A stretch of 64,000 nt of DNA from Biomphalaria pfeifferi (GCA_030265305.1 JASAOG010000080.1:1810630-1874629); one strand, 5' to 3'. Positions 1 to 12,705 are shown, numbered from the stretch's first letter. Made by a program: numbers and translations. Notes: generated by a model from the sequence alone, not told the origin.

Positions 1-274
1 ATCATCTACTTAGTGTTTTACTTTTTTTCTAATACCTATGAAAATTGTTTCACTAGTATAAAGCTATTTATTTATGTCTTCCAGTAATTGCTAGTACAAT
101 GAAATGTGGTCAGAAAATTATTGTAATGTCATAATGCAATCTCTAGAAATATAGAGATATTGAGGACACACAATTCGAGACTCAAGGATAACACAATACA
201 ATACAATGATGTCTATATGAAAGCTATAATAATAATGTCTCTAAATTATGGCTTTTATATTGCGTAACTTTCAT

Positions 275-485
275 GATTATAGCATGCTCAGAGCGCTTTG
301 GTCCAATCTCAGTTGTGGACAAGTGGGGGGGAGGGGGTATCTAGGAGAAGGTTTTTCCATGTTGCCTTTAAGCGCTCAGTAAACACATCTCTGCTCGAGT
401 CGGGTGTCAAACCTCAAGCCCCTTCATAGGTAGCCAAGCCAAGCTAAGTAATGTTATAGCCCACAAGTCAATGGGAAGTAAATGG
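275..485 (-). mobile_element. tRNA-derived SINE, family A (copy 1)
   Basis: Reverse complement matches 19995-20190 (core ttagcttggcttggctacctatgaag...cccgactcgagcag). Confidence 0.6.
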
Positions 486-802
486 GGGCACCAATAACAA
501 TTTTTCTAATTATGGCTGTCTCCAAGCTTTTAACAGCATTTTTTTTTACTATAAATGAATATAACTAGCTTGTTTTGATGTCAAATCCACATATCCAAAC
601 ATTCTGCTATGCAATGCCCACTTGTATAAATAAAAAAGGTTGATAATTTTAGCTTTGCTTGAGGCTTTACATTTAAGATTATTCTAACTTTACTGCTAAA
701 AAATAAATGAAGGCATAGATAGATCTACAAATATAAACACTCAAATAGTATGAAATTACCGTTTGCTTTTTCGCTGACCTGTAGATAAAGTCCTTGGCTT
801 AC

Positions 803-912
803 CAAAATGCACACATTTAAATGTGCAATTTGCATAAACATATTCAGTAGGAATGATTTGTTTTCTTCGCTTGTTTTCATATTCAACACTTGAAGCATTA
901 GCCTTGGCAAAG
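803..912 (-). CDS. Candidate second exon of the same unidentified gene: AFAKANASSVEYENKRRKQIIPTEYVYANCTFKCVHF(G)
   Basis: Acceptor ttgctttttcag| and donor TTTG|gtaagcc. Phase is compatible with 1349-1451 (1-nt carry). No family recognised. Confidence 0.3.
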
Positions 913-1348
913 GCTGAAAAAGCAATAAATTTACTTAAGTAAAGTTTCTCTCTAACTACAACCATATCATAATTTAATTAAAGGGCACTGATAGAGAATG
1001 TTTAGTTCATCAAAGAAGTAAACAATCTCAACACAGCTAAATGTAATCAAATTCATGCCTCACTTTGACACATGAGCAATGGATAAGATCGTATTTTAAA
1101 AGTTTCATTAAAAAATATAGGACATTATTATGCTGCTCGTTGACTAGGAATAAGAGTTTCATGCTTATATAGTAACCCATAATGCACTGACAAATAAGTC
1201 ACATGACATGATATACAACTTGCATTTAATAATTGAAAAACATAACAGATCTTAAGGAAAACTTAGTAGCAATGATAACAATTACTCTATTAAAATTTAC
1301 GTAACTTAAAAAAGTTTTGTTTAAAAAATTACAACTATTATTACTTAC

Positions 1349-1451
1349 CACAGCCAACAACTCTCTCATATTCTGTCAATTTTTTTTCAAATTCAGCATA
1401 GCTTGAGAAAGGGCCATCACCAACAATGCTTTGCCACACCTCTTCCATTCT
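1349..1451 (-). CDS. Candidate first coding exon of an unidentified minus-strand gene: MEEVWQSIVGDGPFSSYAEFEKKLTEYERVVGC
   Basis: Acceptor-like cccag|AGAATGG with Kozak gagaATGG (ATG 1448-1446). Strong donor TGTG|gtaagtaat at 1348. Confidence 0.3.
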
Positions 1452-1708
1452 CTGGGTAAGAGTCTAGCTTTTAGCTTTACAAAAGAAGTTAACAAGAAAA
1501 TATTTTTAAAAATACTTTAAAAAAAAAAAAAAAAAACTTATATTAAGCATACTTATATCAATTAGTTTGGATCAGTCATGTAAATTTGTAATAGATTTAG
1601 ACTAACAATAAAAAAGCATTTATAAAAATTCAAAAAAAGGGGAAATTAGCAAGTCATAACGTAAGCTTCTCAGGCTAACAGGGTGTAACCACTCCTAGAG
1701 GAGAGCTT

Positions 1709-2140
1709 GTGAACATGGAAGATTGTATAGCTATCTATTTTTCTTCTTCTTCTTCTTCGTTCTCATTGTTATGTTGGAGTGTTCAGATGAGTAGACCAAT
1801 ACATGAGATGAACTGCGCAGTGGTTTCCAAATCAGGGAGCTCTCCATATAGTTTCCTTTCCATTGGGGTGATTTGGGGCCAATGTCTTATATGGGCCTCT
1901 TGGTAAAGAGAGCAGTTTTGGAGGACGTGGTCTGCATTCTCTGGGCAGATTTCACTGGTTCCAATTTTGAGCTTCCGGTACATGTGTTGTCGCATTCTGT
2001 TGTGTCCGGTCCTGAGTAGAAAGATTAGACGTTGGTCTTGTCGGGATAGCTTATAGTAAGCATCATCTTTCTTGTGATTTGGATGAGAGCTTGTCCATTT
2101 CTCATTTATTTTATTTACAATTAATTTCTTCAATTCTTCT
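1709..2140 (-). mobile_element. Non-LTR retrotransposon (CR1/RTE-like) ORF2 C-terminal fragment
   Basis: ORF 1783-2133: LSRQDQRLIFLLRTGHNRMRQHMYRKLKIGTSEICPENADHVLQNCSLY is the conserved Cys/His tail motif of LINE ORF2. Confidence 0.7.
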
Positions 2141-2639
2141 GGATAGAGTGCAGAGTTTATTAGTGAGTTAGTTCTCTAACTTTTGGCGAGTGTGTCAGCC
2201 TTATCTATTGTTTCTATAGCCTTGTCCTATTTTTCAGCTTTGTGTTCACTAAATTTATATCACCGTTCAATCAAGTACAATTTCTTTCCCTTGTTCAAGA
2301 TACCAAACACAATAATTTATTACCAATAGTTAATTAACTAATTGGTTAATTTTTTAACTTGATTTTGTGTTGTCAGGTAAAAGAAATAATTGTGCAAAGT
2401 TTCAGCTTGATTCAAGATAGGGTGTAGGAGAAATAATGTGTACAAACTTTTTACCAGACAGACAGCCATACAGACAGAGTGAGTTGTAAAAATGATGACA
2501 AGTAACTGTTGAAGTTCATTGATTTGATTAATCATGGTATCAGCCTGACCCACAGCTGAAAATAAATTGGTCACTTTAATGTATTCTTCCTGATCATGGA
2601 TGGCTGTCTGGTTAAATTGTGTTGTGAGTTCTTTTTATT

Positions 2640-3800
2640 GTTATGATATTGAATTGTTCTTATATTATGATAATTCTAGATCTATAATCTTCAAGTTGTT
2701 ATAATCAATATAATTATAGTAAATTATAATTAAACACGTTATAGTTAGTATAGATAGTAGTAGTATTAGTACTAGATCTAGTAGATATAACAGTAGTACT
2801 GTAACTGTAACTTACTGTAAAAGCACTGTAACTGTAACCTATAGATGTCTATAATTATATTATTATATAATATAGACACTATAGTTGTGGGCTTGAAAGT
2901 TGAATAGACTGAATAAAAATAATATCATTTGCTTCCTTCGCTGAAAAAAAATCAAAACTAGATTAGAACACTAGATCTAGATCCTAGCTACTAAATTAGT
3001 AGATCTAGCAATATCTTGTGTTAGTAATTATACACTCCTAAAGTTACCTTTAACTTCCAGATCTATGTAATATTTGTTTCGTAACTTATTTACTAAATCC
3101 TGGATCTAGATACAATTTGTAAATATGTAACATGTAAACATAAAAATGTGAATCGCTTTTCTGAGGGATGCGGTGTTGTGTAAATAGACCCATCTCGAAT
3201 CTAGATATAATAGATTCTAGATCCAGATCTAAGTCTAGGTCTAGATGACTAAGTAGATCTATGCCTAGATTTTACCGATTCTACTACATCTCTAGAACAT
3301 ATATATATTATAATTAATATAGATTTAGATCTATAAGTATAAGTGAGGATTTTTTTAAAGATCATACAGATAGATAAGGACAGAGACAGTCACAGTCAAA
3401 CTTGAGACTAGTCAGAGTTTGAGAGTAAGGGCTTAATAAGGCTCCGGCCAATTCGCCGCTAAGGCTAATCTAAAATTAGTAAAATATAATCCAGATCTAG
3501 ATATACTAATATAACATAATACTTAAGTAATTATGTATAGACTAATAGTAGTAGTACTACTAATACTAAAACTCTAATATAGTTAAATAGTATTAGATGT
3601 ATTATTGTATATATTATTTTATTATTATCTATATAATGTATATAATAATAACTTAAGTCCAAGTATAGCTTATTCAGTATTAGTATATGTATATATAATA
3701 TAATTAAATATAGTATATAGATCTAGTTATAGACTATAGAGTACTTTAGTAGACTGTCTATATTATTAACTATATAAGTTAATGTATATAGATTCTAGAG
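2640..3800. repeat. AGATCT/TAGATCTAG-rich low-complexity block
   Basis: Dense recurrence of tagatctag, ctagatcta and ataatata motifs. Similar islands at 5200-5400, 24480-24560, 38750-38900, 39400-39470, 44330-44400, 45100-45180 and 45720-45990. Confidence 0.7.
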
Positions 3801-4466
3801 TAATTTTCCTCTTCCGAACACCCCACAATCTTTATTAAAATGAGACTCTATGTTGATAGCTATGATGAAACTAGTATATTGTTTTTTATTTATACTCAGT
3901 TTCTTTATAGTTCAGACACATTTAGTTTAGTTTACTCTGAAAAACAAGGGTTTTACACGGGTTCGAAGAGCACTGGTAGGACGATGCCATTTTTTTTCTT
4001 GTAGGACAGAAGGAGGGTAGGTCCAGGGTGAAGGAGATTTTTTTAGAAAATTTAAGTATCAGCTAAACATGAACTGTCTAAAATGCTTCTAAATTGGGCT
4101 AAAAACACACACATGTCATAGTCTATGTGTAAATATGGGGTGTATCATGATTTTCGTTGGTCACAATCAATGACACTAATGAACTGTCTTTATCACTATC
4201 AATGACACTAACAAACCCTATTTTAATGTTGAAAATGCATATCAGAGGGATGTAACTCAAGGCCGGGAAATGGAGATTTCTTTGATTTATTTTGTATAGG
4301 TCTAACATTTTCTTACTTAATTTTGCTTTTGTTTTAGATGTTAAAACAAGTGTGATATGAATGAGTAAAAAGAAAGGGAATACCGTTAAACATAGTGCTG
4401 ATGAGGGGTAGAGTTGGGTATAATGTGAATAATGAAAAAAAAAATGTTTTCATGAGTGGCACAATC

Positions 4467-4488
4467 CTGCTCTCTCTCTCTCTCTTTT
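4467..4488. repeat. (TC)n microsatellite
   Basis: ctctctctctctctctctct. Confidence 0.95.
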
Positions 4489-6118
4489 TCACTCCTTGTC
4501 GCTCTTATTATATACCTAGCATGGCATCATCAACACAGTACCAGAGGAAAAAAAAGTAGCGGAAGGGATAATTATTGATCAAGCAGGTACCTAATTAGGT
4601 CACATTCACTGTGTGGAGTGAGCAGGCTAGATGCCCGGGGTCACGCAGTTGTTTTTTTTTTGTTGAGTCAGCAAGATTAGGTAGGTCACAGTATATGGCC
4701 CTTTGTAAAGTTGAGGGTTTAGCAGAGAAGAGAACAATTAAATGAGGGAAAAGTGACACTAATCTGTCGGTCTTGAGTTGATTTAAAAAGAAATTGATAA
4801 TAAAATAAATAAAATTGAAGATAATATTATTTTTAAATGCAATAACTAAGAGGTGTTCGTTAGTGTACAGACATTGTTCATTAGTGTACAGACATTGTTC
4901 ATTAGTGTACAGAGCAGGGAATGGTGTTCGTTAATGTTAGTGCTGGACCTCATTGACCTGACCATCTTCAACATCATATTTAACTGTAACTATGCCTAGC
5001 GTAACAATGTAGCTATTTTTATTGACAAATGGATGACAAGTTTATAGATGTTTGTAGTTTTTTCCTAGGACTAACCATTACGGAGCTATAAAAATTGAAA
5101 CACAAAGATTGCGACAGCAGTGCTTAACTTGTTCGGAAGAGGGAAATTACATTATAAAAAAAAAAATATATAATAAATTATAATACAATACTGACAATAG
5201 CCTCTAAGTACTTTAAATATACTCTAGACCTAGTTAAACTAGTAGCAATATATAGATCAAATCATTCTAAGTAGAATCTATTCTAGTCAATTCTAATATA
5301 TTATCTAGATCGACTAGGACTAAAGTCTACTCTAGTAAAGAATACTGAGAATAGTAGTCTAGATTCTAGTACTAGATCTGGTTTAAGTATTATTATTATT
5401 ATAACTCTTACTAGACTCTTAGTCAACTTTGTGCATTTCATTGATATTTCAGATTTAAAGAAATTGTTGATTGTTTTAACTTCCTTATTGATGTAGTGAA
5501 AAATGTCTATTCAGATAAAAAAAGAGCCCACAGGATCTGGCATCTCTAGGTAAGAAAGCATTCTTTGGTTTTGCATTAATTAATTTGATTGTTAAATCAT
5601 ATTATGCTGAGATTATGGCAGATGTTTGGACTACGCTTTAGATTTAAAGAAATGAAAAAGAAATGAGATAGATATGATCATATTAATATCTTTTTAAAAA
5701 TTATTGTGGTGTCCAAACAGCTACTACTAATAATACTTGTACCCAACTAGAGCATTGATGAAAAAGGTTTGTTTATATAAATAAAATGTCTATAAAATAT
5801 GAAGAGTATGTGAATGTGAACAGCATTTTTTTATTGATAGATATTTAGTAATTAAAACTTTACTAGGGAATTTTTTTATTTATTGATAAAGAGCATTAAA
5901 TTTAATAATGAAATTTTCTTACAACTGGTACATATTGACCGTTGTCTGCTTTTAGATCTTCTACTCTAAATTTAGTAATGACAGAATGAACATCATTTAT
6001 CTTTTCTTTTGTGTGTGTGTGTTTTGCTTAAAGTGGATTGCTGGATATCAAAAAAGAGCCTGGCTCCAGCAGTCAAAATGCTTCCAATACCAGAGCAGTT
6101 TTAATCAGCAAAATTAAA

Positions 6119-6224
6119 ATGAACTTGATGCAAGCATGGAGAGAGAGGTGGACAGAAATACAGTGGGCCATTCAACTCAAGAAATTAATGGCAGTATATT
6201 GTACAGAAAATGTTGATGTTGCAG
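6119..6224 (+). CDS. MED24: MED24 exon 1: MNLMQAWRERWTEIQWAIQLKKLMAVYCTENVDVA(G)
   Basis: Aligns to human LQAWKERWSDYQWAINMKK. Donor GCAG|gtaatg. The ORF stays open upstream to 6034 (the track begins with TTG at 6038), so the true start is uncertain. Confidence 0.6.
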
Positions 6225-6750
6225 GTAATGTATTTTCTTGATGCTACTTAATTGTTGCAGAATTTTAAAGGTTATACAGTATGGTTAACTTTCTATTTTT
6301 AGTATTTGTAATAATATATTACTAAGATACTTAGCCCTTATTTGAACAATTCAAATTGTTTGCATAAGGAGGCTAAAAAGGGCTCATTGAAATTAATTTT
6401 CATAAATAATGTAAAGTGTGAAATATGAATTCATTTACAACTAAAAGCTTAAAGTGTGTAACATTGTATGGCAAGATGATTTTAAGTTAAGCTGTTTCTA
6501 AGGCCACGAGCGGGTTAGCCTGCATTATGCCCAAAAGCCCAAAATTCAAATATTTTTAATTTGGAAGGAAGGGCTATTCTGCTGCTTTTCAGCATGATAC
6601 ACTCAGTTTTGAATGTTCGTTATCACACATTGACCATAAAAAGTTAAAACTATTATTTTTTGTCTCTTTTTGGTGTTGTTTCTCATTCTCAATGTTTGTT
6701 TTTCATTAATTATTTAAATACAGTTGTATTTTATGTTTGTTCTTTGAAAG

Positions 6751-6833
6751 AAATTTTGATGCAACAAGCTCTTGTTGGGAGCAGTCCAAATTCACTGATC
6801 CTGTCATACCTAAAGCATGGTGTTTTATCACAG
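6751..6833 (+). CDS. MED24: MED24 exon 2: (E)ILMQQALVGSSPNSLILSYLKHGVLSQ
   Basis: Acceptor ctttgaaag|. Donor CAG|gtagat. Human LEQAMIGPSPNPLILSYLKYAISSQ. Confidence 0.85.
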
Positions 6834-7184
6834 GTAGATTTAACTAATTAGATTAATAAATATAAATATTTAAATAATAATAATAATAACAAGATTACAA
6901 AGACAGTTTGTGTGGAAACACAAACTCAAAATCAGCCCCCGAAGTGGTCCTCCCAGGCAGGCTTCAATATATTCAGAAACAACATCCAAATGAAATTATA
7001 TCAAAGACAAATGAGAGATAAGAATGGAGAAAGGTTAACAGATGTTGTTTAGTGCTCCAACGGTCCAGCAGATCAAAGGATAGGTGCAAATGAATGCAAA
7101 GTTAGATGTGAACCTGGCCTAACTAGTTCCCCTTTCAGACCTTGTGGTCTATAAGGGAGGTGATGTAAAGTTCATCTGTTTTTG

Positions 7185-7392
7185 TGGCCTACGATTAACG
7201 ACTGTGTCATGTAGCCAGCACAACGACCAACCGCCTTTACTTTTCCCCAACTAATGTCAGGTAACCATTAGAGCTGGGTGGACTCAGAGGCGCCCAAAGA
7301 TTCCGAAGTTGAAAATTCCAGGATTCGAACCCGGGACCCCCGGTTCGGAAGCCAATCGCTTTATCGCTCAGCTACCACACCTCCCCTGGCCT
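7185..7392 (-). mobile_element. tRNA-derived SINE, family B (copy 1), in MED24 intron 2
   Basis: Minus-strand tRNA-like head ggggaggtgtggtagctgagcg...gggttcgaatcctgg without a matching acceptor 3' half. Paralogue at 21165-21345. Confidence 0.6.
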
Positions 7393-8602
7393 AACTGAAG
7401 TGTTATAATTGATGTAATTATTTTGAAAAGGCTCAATCTCTTATTCGTATCCTCAAAAAAAAACATTTCCTCAAATTAAAAAGAATGTTCAAGAAAATGC
7501 AGTTTACAAGATTATTATTCATTTTAAATTTGGTCTAACTTATAATGCATACTAAATAGCTTTTTCTCTTTAAAAAAAAACTGCTTGCGTAAGTGAATTA
7601 AAAAATTAGATTTCGTTTTCAGAAAAAAAAAAGTAGCTGTTGCATCAGAACTTTGAATGGTCTAAAATATTGTGAAGTTGGATTTTCACTATCAATTCTA
7701 GTTTATGAGATCTAAACTGGACAGACATTTCACACAAAACTAAAAGGTCTTTTCCCGTTTCGGGGGCCGCTAATAATAACTAAACTTAGTTAACAATTAA
7801 TTTTTTAGATGGTATTAACTTTTACTGAAATTCATTTTTAAATGGCACATATTTTTTAGTATGTATTTAAAGCTTAAATATCACAACATTAACAAATTGG
7901 GCCATAACCATTTCATTAGCATACTAAATTATAGTCAATATCAGTAATTTTAAATTATGTTGTGGAAGTATAATTGTCAAAAAACTCATTTATTTTTTTG
8001 AAAATATCTCACTGTTTTCTATTCTTCTTTTGCTCAAATTTATTTCTTTTTTTCTCTTAATATTGCTAAAACCTTTCAAATGTCCCGAAAGATTGTTATA
8101 AAATGTAACACTATACTTTATGTAAAAATAATAGTTCAATAAAAAATATTGCTAATATTATTTATCAGTAACATTTGCCTTGCTAAATAGTTGTTAAAGA
8201 AATTTTAAGTTTTCTTTTTACTAATGAAAATAACATAAGACCTATATTGTCGCCACAAGTTGTTAAGAGGTCTTAGAGATACCCTTTGCCAGTGATTGGC
8301 AAAAAGTTTTGGCGGGCCATTATAGAAAATTTTGGAAATTTAACAAAGAAAAAATGCAGGATAACTTTTCAGTAAAAGAAATTTTTCTTTTAAATAATAT
8401 CAATGTTTTAACTTATATTAAAAACCTGTATTTTTTTCATTGTGAAAACAAAACATGTGTGGGCTGGATAAGACTTCTCAGCTGGCCGATTTGGCCAGCG
8501 GCCCGTAGTTTGCCCATCACTGCCCTAGTGGCTTAAAAAATTAATAAAAGAGTTCCATTAAATCGCTGTCAGTTTGCATTTTAATTTTGTACTTGTCCTC
8601 AG

Positions 8603-8715
8603 ATGATTCCATACCATACAGTTTTAAAGTATATCACAGAGTTTGATGATTTCTCAAGACCTTATTGTATCTTGGCGCTTCTACATCTGGCAGAAATGTT
8701 TGGTTCAAAAATAAG
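8603..8715 (+). CDS. MED24: MED24 exon 3: MIPYHTVLKYITEFDDFSRPYCILALLHLAEMFGSKI
   Basis: Acceptor tcctcag|. Donor AG|gtattt. Human MVSYSSVLTAISKFDDFSRDLCVQALLDIMDMF. Confidence 0.85.
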
Positions 8716-8935
8716 GTATTTTTTAATTGAAAACTTGATGGAAATTTTATATGCAAATACTTTTTTGAACTTGTGTCATTGGTTACACCAAATATTTATT
8801 TAATATTTAATACAAATGAGTGTTCAAATATGTAAAACATTTTATCTTGAGATTTTAGGCTGTGTTGAGTTTTTAATATTAACCAAACTTTTTAAAAAAA
8901 ATAAAGTATGTTCTAAATTGTTCTTTTATTTCAAG

Positions 8936-9029
8936 TTTAAGTCCATGTCAAGACTCTCCTTTGCAATTAGTTCGAACTATTTTGAGCCTGATACACTGGC
9001 AAGTGAAGGCTTTGTACGTCTGTCTCCAG
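8936..9029 (+). CDS. MED24: MED24 exon 4: SLSPCQDSPLQLVRTILSLIHWQVKALYVCLQ
   Basis: Acceptor tatttcaag|. Donor CAG|gtagga. Human CRALLSALHWLL. In phase with exon 3. Confidence 0.8.
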
Positions 9030-9196
9030 GTAGGAGGTCAAATAATTACTGAACTTTAGGTTAGAATGATTCTGTAACATTAATGAAATAATTTACTTTC
9101 TAAAAATAAATAAAAGCTTTTTTTTTTTTTTTAAAATTATATCTTTAATTTCTTTTATTTTGGGCTTTGACTATAGCAAACTAATGTTGATTTCAG

Positions 9197-9332
9197 CGAA
9201 TTCAGGAAAACAAAAGCACTGTGGCTGCAGAATATTTTGTAATTATGGATAATGCTAGTCGTGCCATTATTAATATTTTGGATCGCAAGGCTGTCAGGAG
9301 TCTCATGCAGATTGCCAAGACAGATAGTCCAG
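9197..9332 (+). CDS. MED24: MED24 exon 5: RIQENKSTVAAEYFVIMDNASRAIINILDRKAVRSLMQIAKTDSP
   Basis: Acceptor gatttcag|. Donor CCAG|gtaata. Confidence 0.8.
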
Positions 9333-9772
9333 GTAATACTAAAAATATGGATGGTATTTTTTGTTGTAGAAACTAATCAGCAATGTTGAAACCTTAAACT
9401 AAGCTGCTCCTCAGTGTAACGCAGATTTCTTACTTTAAATTACACTAGCATTAATTAATTAGCTATTATGTAACTTACTCTCATATGATTAACCAGTAAG
9501 CAGATACAAGGAGAGAACAGAAGAGTACACTTGCTAACATTTTTTTCCCACTAATGTGCAACAAAATGATAAGCAAATTAAACTGTATACCAAAATACAA
9601 CAACTTAATTATAGTGATAGTTTCATGGACCAATAAATTTTACATTTTGACACATTGATATTTAGTAAGTAATGAAGGATGCCTTGTGTTAGACATTAAA
9701 GATTTTTTTATATCTCCCTTTGTTAAAAATCAAAGTAGAAATGTTAATGAAATTTGTTTGTTATGTCTTTAG

Positions 9773-9896
9773 ATGCATACAGAGAGTTTGAGCAATGTGA
9801 GATGAATGTTGGCGGTACAATTAGTCAGTTGCCAAGTAACTCACAGCTGGGGGACACCCGGGAGAAAATAAACTCTGCCCTTTTACAGCTTTCAAA
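9773..9896 (+). CDS. MED24: MED24 exon 6: DAYREFEQCEMNVGGTISQLPSNSQLGDTREKINSALLQLS
   Basis: Acceptor gtctttag|. Donor AA|gtaaga. Phase-consistent. Confidence 0.8.
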
Positions 9897-11003
9897 GTAA
9901 GACCAAATTTATATATGTAGATAGATATAGTAAAACTTTTATCATGTGCTAAATGTGGATTTAAAAAATAAAGTACCAGGTAACCAGAAATAAAAAAGTT
10001 GTTCTTTGATCAGCAGATTAGCAACAGCTTCAACATTTGGCTAGCAAGGTGATCAGTTAGTTACGATTACTTTTCTTGGCTAATTTTTTAAATTACTAGG
10101 GTTCGTCTATACTAAATCAAAAAGCAATTTTGACAGAGAAAAATAACAAAAAACATATATTTCTACAGTTGATCAACATTGTACAAAAAACTACATAGTT
10201 CATCTATCGTGGTTTGATGATGACCGCTTTAGTCATCCAGGGGGGCTGAGGTTGCACTGGGGTTTTGTGCCTCCTCATGAGGCTGGTGAGGTCTGTGTGA
10301 GCCCAGAATGTTTGGCTGCTCACTGGGCAGGTTATTCCAGCTGGAACTAGTTTCTCTGAAACAGAAATAATTATATGATAAAAAAACAGAAAAAAAAGGA
10401 TACTATTGTTTTGATTTTTTACTTTTAAGGATATACTATAATTAACTCAATGTTTTTTTTTTCTCTTATGAAAACTGTTAATGTAAGAGTTCAGTTTATT
10501 TAGCCTTATGAGAGTTGCCATGAAACTGGCCAGAGAGATTAGGAAAACATAAGTTGTATGAAATGTTTGAGGTACCGGTATTCTAAACAAAAACAATTAG
10601 CATGGGCTGTAGTATTCCCTTTTTTTTCCTTTGTCTTCAAGTAATTACTTTCAGAAACTTAGGTCCTGTACTACAACGAAAGACTGGCTTAACTTAGTTT
10701 GTTGCATGTAACAATATATAGTGGAAAGACATGTTGGAATCATTTCAGTTGGACTGTTTGAATATTTTTAATTCATGCATAAATATCCAGTCATTTTATG
10801 TCAGAACAGGAAAAAAGAATATTGTTTTAGACATGAATGTTAAGTCAAATCTTTTTTATTAGTCTATAATGCTAAGTAACATTACTCTTGGTAGTTTATC
10901 AATTTTAGAAATTCACTACTATATGCGATCATAGATTTAATGATTAAACACCTGACTTGGTGCTGGTTTTATACATTATTAAATCATTATTTTTTGTCCA
11001 CAG

Positions 11004-11163
11004 ACTTAATGACATGGCACCAAGCTTGGAACCAGTTCTAGAAATCACCAACTCACCCATATGTCCAACAATAAATTCTCTGGTTGTTTTGGAGGCCATA
11101 CTCAACTCCAGTAGTGACATTCAGCCTTTTGTGGATCAAGTCTTGGTTGTCTCAAGACTCATG
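11004..11163 (+). CDS. MED24: MED24 exon 7: KLNDMAPSLEPVLEITNSPICPTINSLVVLEAILNSSSDIQPFVDQVLVVSRLM
   Basis: Acceptor ttgtccacag|. Donor ATG|gtaagc. Human ...LVEQLTMVKRM. Confidence 0.85.
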
Positions 11164-11879
11164 GTAAGCATGAAACAGTTCATATTTATTCTTGGACTGA
11201 GGCATTCTTCTATTGCAGGTGCTGTATTACTATTCAATACTAATAATCATAATCATCTAGCTGTTTACTCATTGACTGTTGTGCTTTTATATAATTAATT
11301 CATCATGCTACAATGATAACCACTGGTCATTCAGAGGGCTAAAGGCAGCTTTGTGCCTCCTCGTGTGACTGATGTGCCCAAACTTTTCAGATGTTCACTG
11401 GGCAAGCCATGCCAGCTAGAGCTTGTTCCCATAGCCTTTACTTTCTTCTGTTGTGCTTTTCTTCTTGCAAAGCTGTTTTCTTTTGCTCTTACTAATATAG
11501 GAAAGGCTAGACTCGTTTCAACATAGAATTTAAGAGCTAATTTTAGCTGTACTAGACATTACTCCAAAATAGGAGAGTGAACGAAGTCATTCTAGTTAAA
11601 AAAATATTATTGTTAAAGTTTAAAACTAGGCCACTTGGTCTTGCCAAATTTGCTTGTGATATTTTCTTATCATTTAAAAGATATTATCAAAGAAAATGGA
11701 TATTGCTGTAACCTATATTAAACACTGTATCTTCTAAAAATGAAGCTATTCTATGCTTTTGTGACAGAGACCTTTGCTCTAGCTGTAAATTAAATTAGTC
11801 CTAATTAATTGTTAATTTGGTTTTGAGTTTAACCTTGAACTGACATCATTCACAAACATGTGGTTCATATTCTCTTCAG

Positions 11880-12121
11880 AAACTGCCCATGCCACAGCTT
11901 TGTTTAGAAATATTCCGTGTTTGTTTCATGGGCTTTGTGGACACCAATGACTTTTCGGAAGATCTTCAGTGGGCCACATTTGCTTTCCTGAAGGTCCCGC
12001 ACATTCTGAATGCAATAAAGGAGAAGATGCCTGATTGGGACATGAGCTCCCATGTGGAGAGAGGGCTGGACATGTTACTGGAGTTCTCTCATCTGCTGGA
12101 TCAGACAGATATTAAACAAAA
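11880..12121 (+). CDS. MED24: MED24 exon 8: KLPMPQLCLEIFRVCFMGFVDTNDFSEDLQWATFAFLKVPHILNAIKEK...LLDQTDIKQ
   Basis: Acceptor tctcttcag|. Donor AA|gtaagg. Human PLFVLEIWKACFVGLIESPEGTEELKWTAFTFLKIPQVL. Confidence 0.9.
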
Positions 12122-12618
12122 GTAAGGATGTACCTACTTGATATCTCCTGATGGGAAAAAGTATTTGAACTTTATATTGGGAGGTTTGTACATGATGAGT
12201 TGATACAAATCTCCATACCTACCTCACATCAGTTAATAAAAGTAGTGGGACATTTTGATGGTGGCTACAATATACTATGCAGTTAGAATACTTACAACTT
12301 ATAATTAGTATCATCTTTGAGACTAAAAGAAATGCAGTTTGTAAAAAAAGGAAACATTTCATAAAAGAAAATTAATGAATTTTTATATTATTATTGAAAA
12401 AAAAAAAATTACATATTATTGATTGTGACTTTTTTTTTTTAAATCTGTAATTTTGAGATTAATTAAAAGACTGGTAGAGTTACTTGTTATGAAACATGCA
12501 TGTTTAAGAAAGCACACAGTGATTGTGAGCCAAGAGTTGGGGATTAGAAGCATGAAATATGTTAGGCTGGTTAATTAATATACAACTGTTATTATTGTTC
12601 ATTATTTTTCTTCAACAG

Positions 12619-12705
12619 TTTTGACATGCTGGTTCAGTTTATCACAGAACTTCAGAAAGCAAACATCATCACAGAATCACAGAAAACATCTCTCTGTATG
12701 AAAAG
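12619..12705 (+). CDS. MED24: MED24 exon 9: NFDMLVQFITELQKANIITESQKTSLCMK
   Basis: Acceptor cttcaacag|. Donor AG|gtattt. Human NFLLQECGKQGLLSEASVNNLMAKR. Confidence 0.85.

Noticed and set aside
6034-6118. Extension of MED24 exon 1 upstream to the track's 6038 start
   Set aside because: The track start codon is TTG (a prokaryote-style alternative start). The first ATG in frame is 6119, which also matches the human N-terminus. The upstream open frame is kept only as the splice-acceptor hypothesis in the findings.
7300-7392. tRNA-like sequence (ggattcgaacccgggacc, the reverse-complement T-arm)
   Set aside because: No complementary acceptor 3' strand and an aberrant D and anticodon region. A second diverged copy exists at 21165-21345. 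This is a SINE head, not a tRNA gene.
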